Shown: positions 16,048-24,330 of the stretch, in pieces
Layout of the letters: the number at the start of each line of letters is the position of its first letter
Numbering within the stretch: the first letter of the stretch is position 1
IMG/VR virus record: IMGVR_UViG_3300020045_003053
Span: 1 to 24,330 of that record
Length of the DNA stretch: 24,330 bases
Origin: a virus
Lineage: Duplodnaviria; Caudoviricetes
Direction: 5' to 3' (one strand)
Translations under genes and position numbers: made by a program
Notes under the pieces: model-generated
Databases searched by the model: none
Seen by the model: the letters and a program-made list of their open reading frames with translations, nothing else
What the model was told of the DNA's origin: nothing

Positions 16048-18872
16048 TGAGTAGCGCATATTCGGCACAAATAAACTACGGGCGTACAATTTCAACTACA
16101 GATGTGGCACAATTGACAACAACCGTACAACAATCTCTCCAAAGTAGGTATGACGCAAATACCGCTAAAGTAGACTCTTTAATACAGCAGTATACTTCAA
16201 TACCATTACTCCGTCCCGAAGACAAAGAATATTTAGGAGAAAGACTTAAAACTTTAGTATCTTCAATAGACCAAAATTCAAAAATAAATTGGACAAGCGG
16301 GCAAGCGACTAGAGAGGTTAATTCTCATATATCTGCGGCTATAGATGATAATGTTTTGAAGCAAATGGCAAATTCTCAAAAAATTATAAATTTTGAACAA
16401 ACTGCCGCACAAAAGAAAGCTAAAGGAGATGGTACTTATGACGACTCTAATTATGTCTATGCTAAAGATAAAGCAGGGTATGAAGCATACATGAAAGGAG
16501 AGACGGATGACATTGGAAATCTACAATATGTAGACTACTATGATGTAAATAAAAATCTAACACAAGAAGTAGAAAAATATGCAAAAGATAGAGGATATGA
16601 AAAAGTATTATCTGAAAACAAAGAAGGATACGTTTATCAAACAGTTAAAGGTAAGAAAGTAACTCCTGATGAAGTAGCTAGTTATGTACAGACTTTAATA
16701 GGCACAAATCCTAAGTTACAACAACAATTATTAATCAATTCACACACACAATTCAGAGGAGCTACTGACGAACAAGTTTTTAGTGAATATACAGCTTTTG
16801 CAAAAAGAGAAGCAGATACATTTGAAGAAAGAATAAAATTATTAGATGAAGATTTAAAAAACATAAATCCTGACTATAAAGACCAAATAGCTTTAAAACA
16901 AAAAGAAAAAACAGCATTATCAGAACAAAAAAATAATATTTTAAGTAAAGCAAGTTTAGAAAATTTCAATAGAGATGCTGTTCAGTATACAAGTTACACA
17001 AAAGACCTAGTAAATAAATACGCTAAGACCTATTCTTTTGAAGATATTACAGATATAAAATACGATGATTTTTTTATAAAATTAGCTAAAGCTGAGGGTA
17101 AATTAACTTCAGAAGGTACACCAACAGAAGCAGGAGTAGGTACAGCAGTAGCAGGTCAATTATATCAGCAAGATAGAGGCGTATCAACAGAGACAGAAGT
17201 TGATGATATGACTAGATTTGAAAGTGATAAAGCAGTAGCTTGGAATGAAACGGTTGCTTTAATGAAACAAAAATTAATAGCAGAAGGTAAAGAACCAACT
17301 ACTAAAAATTTAACTAATTACTATGCAGGTGTAAGAAATGCAGCAAAATCAGGGTTTGATATTAATGCAAGTCAATACTCAGGTGATGTGATAGCAATGT
17401 ATCAAAAAGTTACAGAATTAAACAAAAGAAACTTTAACTACACTAAAATAGCTAAAGAACAATATGGAAATGTGACGCAAGAAACATTATCAGGATTATT
17501 TGGAGGAAAAACTAAAGATTTAAATGTAGAAGGTTTAGCTCAAACAATGCCATTTACAGCCACAATGCTTAAAAAATATAGTTCGGCAGACCAAATGTCA
17601 AAAATTGAAAAAGCAAAAGCCTTACATGAAGTAGCTACAAATGCTAAGAACACTATAGTAGAAGACCCTACAGCAAAAAAACAGATACAATTCTATATTT
17701 CATCATTAGAAAGAGATAACAGTTTTTCTAAAGAGGAGTTAAAACAAAATGTAGAATCAGGAGAACAACCAGGATTTTGGGGAAGTGTAGGTGACGTAGC
17801 TTTAGGTAGTGGGAAAAAACTATTACAAGCCGCTGGTAATATAGGATTAGGTCTTTTTTACGACCCTTTTGCTAGAGAAGAATCTGTACAAAAATCATTA
17901 AAAGAGGCTCAATTAACAAGGCAAAAAACTAACGAGGAAATATCAAAAGCTTCAAGTAATATTTGGAACAGTATTACAACAGATAGAAATCTTTCTGAGT
18001 TACAATCAGGAGACGTAGGATTAGGAGATTATCAAAGTCCAAGAGATTTATATACAAACGCCGCCAAAAACACTAAAAGTAGAATGGAAGCAGAATCTTT
18101 GAAATATAGAGCTAATGCTCCTACGCAATTTTCAATGATATTAAATCCTGACATAAAAGCAGATAAGCAATATGTAAATTTAGTTAAAAGTGCATTATAC
18201 GCAAATGGAGCAAAACCTACGGACGATAGTTATATAAACATAGCAGAAATAAAAGGAGATAAAGCAGTAATTAAATTTGAGGCAACAACAGATGCACCAA
18301 CAGCTACAGAAGGAGTCACTAAAAAATACACTCAAGAACAACAAATAGAAATACCTCTATCAAGCTTACCAAGTAATCTATTAAAAAACTTAAAATTAGA
18401 TAATACGTCATTTTCTTTTTCTGTTAAAAATCCTAATCCTATGAGTGTTTCATATAAATATGCACCACCTGAAACAATGGATTCAAGAAGAGAATTTGCA
18501 CAAAGATATTTAGAAAATAATTTTGACTATATGTCAGAAGAACAAGTAAGAATGCTACAAACAAATGGAATGCCAGATGTAAAAACTAAAGAGGAATATG
18601 CAAAAGCAGCTTCTATTTTACCAGCAGAATATTTTAATGCGTTTAAAGCAGAAGTGCAATCAGAATATAATTTAACTTGGGAAAGACCCCAAGGAGGAGG
18701 AGTTTTTATAGGGAGATTAAGCCAAAATGGAAAATCAATTAAAGAGAATATTCAATTAGGTGAAGATTTTAATCCACATCTATATCAACTTTACTCAATG
18801 AGAGAAGTATCTAGACATTTAGATGAAAAATTATCAGAACTTACAACAGCATATAATAGAACCAGATATTAA
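16047..18872 (+). CDS. Putative virion cargo/ejection protein (crAss-like)
   Basis: 941-aa largely helical ORF with TAATG overlaps at both ends. The N-terminal LQSRYDANTAKVDSLIQQY...D..YL pattern resembles crAss-like cargo proteins, and its position in the cargo cluster fits. Confidence 0.6.
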   Translation: MSSAYSAQINYGRTISTTDVAQLTTTVQQSLQSRYDANTAKVDSLIQQYTSIPLLRPEDKEYLGERLKTLVSSIDQNSKINWTSGQATREVNSHISAAIDDNVLKQMANSQKIINFEQTAAQKKAKGDGTYDDSNYVYAKDKAGYEAYMKGETDDIGNLQYVDYYDVNKNLTQEVEKYAKDRGYEKVLSENKEGYVYQTVKGKKVTPDEVASYVQTLIGTNPKLQQQLLINSHTQFRGATDEQVFSEYTAFAKREADTFEERIKLLDEDLKNINPDYKDQIALKQKEKTALSEQKNNILSKASLENFNRDAVQYTSYTKDLVNKYAKTYSFEDITDIKYDDFFIKLAKAEGKLTSEGTPTEAGVGTAVAGQLYQQDRGVSTETEVDDMTRFESDKAVAWNETVALMKQKLIAEGKEPTTKNLTNYYAGVRNAAKSGFDINASQYSGDVIAMYQKVTELNKRNFNYTKIAKEQYGNVTQETLSGLFGGKTKDLNVEGLAQTMPFTATMLKKYSSADQMSKIEKAKALHEVATNAKNTIVEDPTAKKQIQFYISSLERDNSFSKEELKQNVESGEQPGFWGSVGDVALGSGKKLLQAAGNIGLGLFYDPFAREESVQKSLKEAQLTRQKTNEEISKASSNIWNSITTDRNLSELQSGDVGLGDYQSPRDLYTNAAKNTKSRMEAESLKYRANAPTQFSMILNPDIKADKQYVNLVKSALYANGAKPTDDSYINIAEIKGDKAVIKFEATTDAPTATEGVTKKYTQEQQIEIPLSSLPSNLLKNLKLDNTSFSFSVKNPNPMSVSYKYAPPETMDSRREFAQRYLENNFDYMSEEQVRMLQTNGMPDVKTKEEYAKAASILPAEYFNAFKAEVQSEYNLTWERPQGGGVFIGRLSQNGKSIKENIQLGEDFNPHLYQLYSMREVSRHLDEKLSELTTAYNRTRY

Positions 18873-21800
18873 TGGATAATACAACACCAGAAATAAAGTT
18901 TGTTACAGACGATATTAGACAAAAAAGTGAAAAACTTGTATTGCAACCATTACAAAAAGCACCACAACAAGGATTTTTAGATTTTGCTATAAAAGAAGAA
19001 ACAAGTAAAAGAAAAATGCAAGATTATTCAAATGTGAAATTCACTGATATCTATGCAAAACTTGAAGACGACTCTTATATAGCTAAATTTCCATCCTATT
19101 CAACATCTGGAGGAAATCAAGAAGAATATTTTGCAGAACAACAAACTACGGGAGAAAAGTGGAAAAATGGAGCTATAAAATTCTTAGGACAAACGGCTAC
19201 AGGATTAGTAGGAGGAACAGTGGGTATTTTAAATGGAGCTTATGAATTTGCCAAGACAGGAAGTTTTGCATCCACTTACGATAATGATTTTTCTAACTAT
19301 TTGGACGGACTTAATAAAAAGTGGGATTATCAATTACCTAATTACTACACACAAGCTGAAAAAGATGCAAGTTTAACAGACAGTTTTGGCTCTGCTAATT
19401 TCTGGGCAAAAGATGTATTAGGTGGAGCAGCATTTACAGTTAGTGCTATAGGTTCAGAGGCAATATGGTCTTGGGCAACAGGCGGAGCATCTTTAGCAAC
19501 AACAGCCGCTAGAATAGGAAATAGATTAGGAAAAGCAGGAAGAGTTGGAGAAGCTATTTTAGGTAGTGGAGATGATATATTAAAAGCCGCTAATTTAGCG
19601 AGAACAGAGACAAAATTACCTGCTTTAACTACAGGTGCGTCACTATATAAAAATGTAAAAGTTCCAACACAATTAGCCGCTGGGCTAGGGAAAGTTGGAG
19701 AATTAGCAAATACAGCACGTTTCACTTACACTTCAGCAGGATTTGAAGCAGGGTTTGAAGCGCGCCACTATATGCGAGAAATGGAAGATAATTTCTACTA
19801 TGACTTTCAAGCTAAGAATAATGGGGAAATGCCCTCTTATGAGCAAGAAATGCAATTTAGAAAAGATTTAGGTAATTCTGCAAATGCCTTATACGGGTTT
19901 AACCTAGCAGTTGTTGGTACATCAAACTTAGCTACAATAGGAAGAATATACAATATAAAATCTCCTTTATCTGCGCCATCAAAATGGGTAAATTCTAAAT
20001 TATTTGGAGTAGGAGTAACATCAACAGAAGGAGAATTAACTCAAATAGTTGCTAAAAAAGGACAAAGATTAGCTCAGAAAGCTTATACTTGGGGTAAAAG
20101 TCCAATAGTGGAAGGTGTATGGGAAGAAGGTATGCAATCAGTTGGTTCAAATACAGCTAAAAATTGGATAGAAGCAGGATATAACCCAGCATTAACTAAA
20201 GAAACATATGATTTAGGTCAAGCCTCTGTAGATGGTTTTGCGGAGACTTATGGCACTAAAGAAGGTTGGAAAGAGATTGGAGTAGGTATGATAATAGGAC
20301 TTCTTACAGGCTCTGGAATTACTGCTATTAAAGGTGGGGAATTGAAAGGCGCAAAAGAAGAAGCTGCTAATTTAGAAAACTTCAGTAAATATTACTCTCC
20401 TAAGAAAATGGCAGAGTCAATAGCTTATGCTAATAGAACTCAAGAAGCAAATAAAAATGCTCAAGAGGCTGAAAGTAAAGGAGATTTTACTTCTGCTGAA
20501 TTATCTAGAAAATCAGCAGTGTTGTCACAATTAAACTTTGCATATAATTTAGATTATTTAAAAGATACTATAAAAGAAACAAGTATAGCTATAGATAATA
20601 TAGATGATGCTAGTTTAATGCGTGAGTATGATGTAGACGAAGCAGGTGCAGAAACTCTTAGACAAAAAATGAAGAGTGAGTATATTGAAACCGCTAAAAA
20701 TTATAAAAAAAACAGAGATTTTAGTGAATACTTTATAGGACAAAAAGCAGGAAAAGAAGGGTTATCTCAAGCAGAAACTTCTAATCTAAAACAAGCTATT
20801 GCATATGAATTAACATTAGGTAGTGAAGCATACAAATTCTCATCTGATATTTTAAAGTCATTAAAAGAAAAAATAGCAAGTGGATATACAGATTCTGATA
20901 TTACGTCTGCTATGGATATTGACAATATTTTATTGACAGCTAGTATAACTGTAAAACAAGAGTTTAAAGCTAAACAAAATGAGATAATACAAATTTCAAA
21001 TAATAAGGCGCAATTAGAAAAAGAAAAAGACAGCTTATTAAAAGTTTTATTAGATGAATCACAAGAGCAAAAAGTAGCAAGACTTCAAAAGTTAAATAAC
21101 GTAACTGTAGAATTGGCTCAATTAGAGTTGGAAGAAGTTAGACTTGGTGATGAAGTTAATGCAACTTTAGCAGCAGCTCAATTAAATAATCCTTTCAGTA
21201 CAAATCCTTCACAACAATATTTAACTACAGAACAGATTAAAAATCTTGATTCTAATTTAAATAAAGTTAAAAAGCTTTCAAATGCATTCAGAAATTCAGA
21301 CCCTCAAAAGTCTTTAGAAATAGACAAATTAAGACAAGAGTACGGTAGAAGTATTGATGCTTTTCAAAGATATGCAGATTTATCTAGACAATTAGCAGAC
21401 CCTAAATTAGGACTTCGTGGAAAAAGAAATATAATTTCAGAAATTCGTTCTCCTAAAACTCCAAATGAAATAACTATAGAAACTCTACAAGGGCTTACTA
21501 AAACTAGAGAGCAATTGAAAGTAGAGGGAGCTGAACGAGTTCTTGGAGCATCCGCTGTAGTGTCGAATAAGATAGAGGAGATTAAAAAAGAGGCAGCCAC
21601 TATGGAAATAACACTTACAGTAGAAGATACTGTAGAAGAAGTTGTTCCTAAAACTCCCTTAGAAGCAATTAAAACTATATTAGAATTAAATCCATATTTA
21701 TTAAGTTATAAAGGAACAGAATCACCTGTAAAACCTACAGAACAAGAAGTATCAGAGTATTATAATTTAGCTACACGAGCATTAGCAAGCAGTAATTTTG

Positions 21801-24142
21801 ACCCTGAGACTATTGGAATGTCAGGTCAATTAACAATGTTTTCAACAGATGAAAATCTAACAGAAGATGAATTAAATAGACTATCTGAACTTAATCAAAA
21901 AATGTCAGATTGGCAACTATATGGCGGAGCAATAAACAGTGAAAACTTATCTATTCAAGATATAGTAGAACAACAACTTTTACTAGACCAAACTATTGCT
22001 GAAGAAGTTGACATAGAAGTAACGGAAGAGGAATTGGGACAAATGACAAATCCTGAACCAAAAGAAGTTCAAGGAGATGAAGTTAGAAATGAAGAATTAG
22101 GTCAAACTTATTCTAGAGTTTTTGTTCGCGCAACAAAAGATGGGTATTCTATTTCTAATTTAGGTATTCAGAAGTTCTTAGATTCTGTGGATATTGCAGA
22201 TACTGTAGTTGTAACAATCGCAGGAAAAACAAAAACCGTATTAAGAGAAGAAGTTGGACAATATTCTACAATAGGAAGTAAGTTCACAATTACTTTTAGA
22301 GACGGAAGTGAAGCAGAGGTAAATATTGATGCAGGAGGAGTGATTAAAACCACAAGCTTTAATAAAATAATAGAAAACTCTCAGTATAAAACAGACCGAT
22401 ATATCTTAGGAAAACAAAGTGGATATTCATTGTTATATGATGGAGATACACAAGTGGAGAGTGATTTTAAGAGAATAGACGATACTTTAGAGTATAAAGA
22501 TGTAGAGTTTTACAATATGCCAAAAGGAGAATCTGTAGGATTTAAAGTGAATCTTAACGACCCTTACAATAAAGAACAAATAGCAAAATATCGCAGAAAA
22601 GAAATAACTAAAGAACAATTTGAAGCAAGTGTAAAAATATACATAGTAGATGACTTTGGAAATATTTTAGGAGATGTTAAAGCTAATAGAGATATTATGG
22701 GAGTTTCCCCTGTATTTTTAAAATTAAGAGCTTTAGCTTCACAAAGAGCATTAGCTAAAGATGCTGTAGATGATATAGAATTACCTTACAGAGCTTCAAT
22801 AAAACATTTATTTTTAGGCTCACCTAATTTTGAATTTACAGCAACAGGATACAGAGAGTTTAATTTAAGTGAAGAAACTATTGTAGACTTTGGTTATATA
22901 GAAAATGGAGAAATAGTTTTAAATGGACAAACAAAAGAGGTTAGAAAAGATTTAATATCCAAAATACTTAGAAAAGACGATACTCCAATTATTGTATTTA
23001 AACAAGGAGCTTACAACATAGCATTTCCTGTAAAATTAATAAAAACAAGTAAGAATTTAGGGCAAAAAGTAGAAGATATTTTAAATAATTCAACAACACC
23101 ATCAGTGGCTGTAGTTGAGATAAATAAACTATTAATTGATAATAAATTGTCTCCTAAAACTTATAATTTATATTATACAGATGCTCAAAGTCAAACTTTA
23201 TTTGATGAAGAGGGAAATTTTTCACCTAATTTAAATAGAATAGTTTCAGATTTAGAGAAAAAACAAGATTTTGTAAATCCTAGAAATTGGGAGACAGTTC
23301 AAGATGTGGTTAATAGTGCTGTAATAAACATTGATTTAGAGAATAATCCAATTGTAAGCCCTAAACCTGTTCTAGATTATTTCGAAGCCCCTATGGACGT
23401 ATACGAACGTTTTCAAAATGGGGAAGAATTAACAGAGGAAGATATCACAATATTTGCTACAAAATTGGCAGAAGACCAAATAGAAACAGCAAAAACGCGA
23501 GCAGAGATTACAGAAGAAATAAAAGATTCAGATGAAGCAATTTCTTTAGCAAAACAAAGAATAGAACAAGCATCCGCCGATAAAGCTAATCTTGATTTTA
23601 CAGAAGGTTTTGAAAAAATTGATACTTACCGATATAGAAGTACTAGAGGGACAGTTTGGATAGTACCAAATAATAATCCTACATTTACTAATGAGGAAGA
23701 AGAAATTGTTAAGTTCGTAGTATTGAGAGAAGAAAAATTATTTAACTCTTGGAAAAGAGCCGATAATAAAAAAATAAGTGACATTGCTAAAAATACTAAC
23801 AATAAAGGAGAAATAGAAAGAGCGTTCACAGAAAAAATAACAGGTTTCTTATTTGATAACAGTGAAGAACTTCTAACAGAAATTCCAAAGGCGACATATT
23901 CTAAAAAAGACGCTTTATTAGCTACTAATTTTGAAACTAGTATTGCAAACAATTTAGAAACGATTGAAAGAGAAAAAGATAATGTTCAAAACTTAGAAGA
24001 CAGATTGAAAAATACAGTTTCTGGTTTGTCCGAAAGAGATTTAACTATTACTTCTGACAAAAAAGTTCAAAAAAGAGCAAAAGAAATATTTGAAATAAAT
24101 AAAGAAGCAGAAGCACAGAATAATTTAAAAAAACCTTGTTAA
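18872..24142 (+). CDS. Large virion cargo/ejection protein with N-terminal Gly/Ala-rich hydrophobic helices
   Basis: 1756-aa ORF. QQTTGEKWKNGAIKFLG, SANFWAKDVLGGAAFTVSAI and EGVWEEGMQ patterns resemble large crAss-like ejection proteins. It has a coiled-coil middle region. No DxDxD RNA polymerase catalytic motif was seen. Confidence 0.65.
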   Translation: MDNTTPEIKFVTDDIRQKSEKLVLQPLQKAPQQGFLDFAIKEETSKRKMQDYSNVKFTDIYAKLEDDSYIAKFPSYSTSGGNQEEYFAEQQTTGEKWKNGAIKFLGQTATGLVGGTVGILNGAYEFAKTGSFASTYDNDFSNYLDGLNKKWDYQLPNYYTQAEKDASLTDSFGSANFWAKDVLGGAAFTVSAIGSEAIWSWATGGASLATTAARIGNRLGKAGRVGEAILGSGDDILKAANLARTETKLPALTTGASLYKNVKVPTQLAAGLGKVGELANTARFTYTSAGFEAGFEARHYMREMEDNFYYDFQAKNNGEMPSYEQEMQFRKDLGNSANALYGFNLAVVGTSNLATIGRIYNIKSPLSAPSKWVNSKLFGVGVTSTEGELTQIVAKKGQRLAQKAYTWGKSPIVEGVWEEGMQSVGSNTAKNWIEAGYNPALTKETYDLGQASVDGFAETYGTKEGWKEIGVGMIIGLLTGSGITAIKGGELKGAKEEAANLENFSKYYSPKKMAESIAYANRTQEANKNAQEAESKGDFTSAELSRKSAVLSQLNFAYNLDYLKDTIKETSIAIDNIDDASLMREYDVDEAGAETLRQKMKSEYIETAKNYKKNRDFSEYFIGQKAGKEGLSQAETSNLKQAIAYELTLGSEAYKFSSDILKSLKEKIASGYTDSDITSAMDIDNILLTASITVKQEFKAKQNEIIQISNNKAQLEKEKDSLLKVLLDESQEQKVARLQKLNNVTVELAQLELEEVRLGDEVNATLAAAQLNNPFSTNPSQQYLTTEQIKNLDSNLNKVKKLSNAFRNSDPQKSLEIDKLRQEYGRSIDAFQRYADLSRQLADPKLGLRGKRNIISEIRSPKTPNEITIETLQGLTKTREQLKVEGAERVLGASAVVSNKIEEIKKEAATMEITLTVEDTVEEVVPKTPLEAIKTILELNPYLLSYKGTESPVKPTEQEVSEYYNLATRALASSNFDPETIGMSGQLTMFSTDENLTEDELNRLSELNQKMSDWQLYGGAINSENLSIQDIVEQQLLLDQTIAEEVDIEVTEEELGQMTNPEPKEVQGDEVRNEELGQTYSRVFVRATKDGYSISNLGIQKFLDSVDIADTVVVTIAGKTKTVLREEVGQYSTIGSKFTITFRDGSEAEVNIDAGGVIKTTSFNKIIENSQYKTDRYILGKQSGYSLLYDGDTQVESDFKRIDDTLEYKDVEFYNMPKGESVGFKVNLNDPYNKEQIAKYRRKEITKEQFEASVKIYIVDDFGNILGDVKANRDIMGVSPVFLKLRALASQRALAKDAVDDIELPYRASIKHLFLGSPNFEFTATGYREFNLSEETIVDFGYIENGEIVLNGQTKEVRKDLISKILRKDDTPIIVFKQGAYNIAFPVKLIKTSKNLGQKVEDILNNSTTPSVAVVEINKLLIDNKLSPKTYNLYYTDAQSQTLFDEEGNFSPNLNRIVSDLEKKQDFVNPRNWETVQDVVNSAVINIDLENNPIVSPKPVLDYFEAPMDVYERFQNGEELTEEDITIFATKLAEDQIETAKTRAEITEEIKDSDEAISLAKQRIEQASADKANLDFTEGFEKIDTYRYRSTRGTVWIVPNNNPTFTNEEEEIVKFVVLREEKLFNSWKRADNKKISDIAKNTNNKGEIERAFTEKITGFLFDNSEELLTEIPKATYSKKDALLATNFETSIANNLETIEREKDNVQNLEDRLKNTVSGLSERDLTITSDKKVQKRAKEIFEINKEAEAQNNLKKPC

Positions 24143-24159
24143 TATTAAATATATTATAT

Positions 24160-24277
24160 ACCTCTTTTGTTTGTCCATTTAAAACTATTTCTCCATTTTC
24201 TATATAACCAAAGTCTACAATAGTTTCTTCACTTAAATTAAACTCTCTGTATCCTGTTGCTGTAAATTCAAAATTAG
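24160..24277 (-). repeat. Perfect 118-bp inverted copy of 22824-22941
   Basis: Base-by-base reverse complement of coding sequence 22824-22941 with no mismatches. Confidence 0.97.
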
Positions 24278-24296
24278 TAGCTAATAAAGCGTCTTT
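24267..24296 (-). repeat. Perfect 30-bp inverted copy of 23906-23935
   Basis: ttcaaaattagtagctaataaagcgtcttt is the reverse complement of aaagacgctttattagctactaattttgaa. It shares 11 bp with the preceding block. Confidence 0.95.
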
Positions 24297-24325
24297 CTAT
24301 TTCTCCTTTATTGTTAGTATTTTTA
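24292..24325 (-). repeat. Perfect 34-bp inverted copy of 23788-23821
   Basis: tctttctatttctcctttattgttagtattttta is the reverse complement of taaaaatactaacaataaaggagaaatagaaaga. It shares 5 bp (tcttt) with the preceding block. Confidence 0.95.
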
Positions 24326-24330
24326 AAATT

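Noticed and set aside
2708-23952. Short minus-strand and out-of-frame ORFs in the ORF track (e.g. 4682-4972, 10013-10432, 11974-12228, 19345-19725, 23626-23952)
   Set aside because: All lie inside long + strand genes and have antisense-shadow composition with no recognisable motifs.
18872-24142. Virion RNA polymerase catalytic subunit
   Set aside because: No DxDxD/DFDGD catalytic motif was found. If present, the polymerase gene probably lies beyond the window.
22824-24325. Inverted repeats as a diversity-generating retroelement template/variable pair or a CRISPR-like array
   Set aside because: The copies are 100% identical with no adenine-specific differences, no reverse transcriptase is present, and there are no constant repeats separating the blocks.

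Overview
AT-rich, densely coding, + strand segment of the structural module of a Crassvirales-like (crAss-like) podophage, probably infecting a Bacteroidota host (TAnnTTTG promoter boxes, A-rich start contexts without Shine-Dalgarno). Gene order: truncated ring-protein-like gene, IHF-like protein, tail tubular/ring protein, a 2347-aa tail stabilisation (muzzle) protein carrying a VWA domain, then five putative virion cargo/ejection genes interrupted by a free-standing GIY-YIG homing endonuclease. The most striking signal is a short [F/Y/M]-[Q/K/E]-x-G-G motif repeated about 13 times across three consecutive cargo proteins. It sits at the borders of small unrelated modules, and one of these proteins also fuses a lambda-R-type lytic transglycosylase to an HExxH zincin. 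This suggests a polyprotein processing or packaging code for injected cargo (inference). The last ~170 bp are a perfect antisense mosaic of three pieces of the upstream gene joined at microhomologies, and the first ~80 bp also look like an inverted junction. Both may be amplification or assembly chimeras. All family assignments come from visual motif recognition and synteny, not from database searches.
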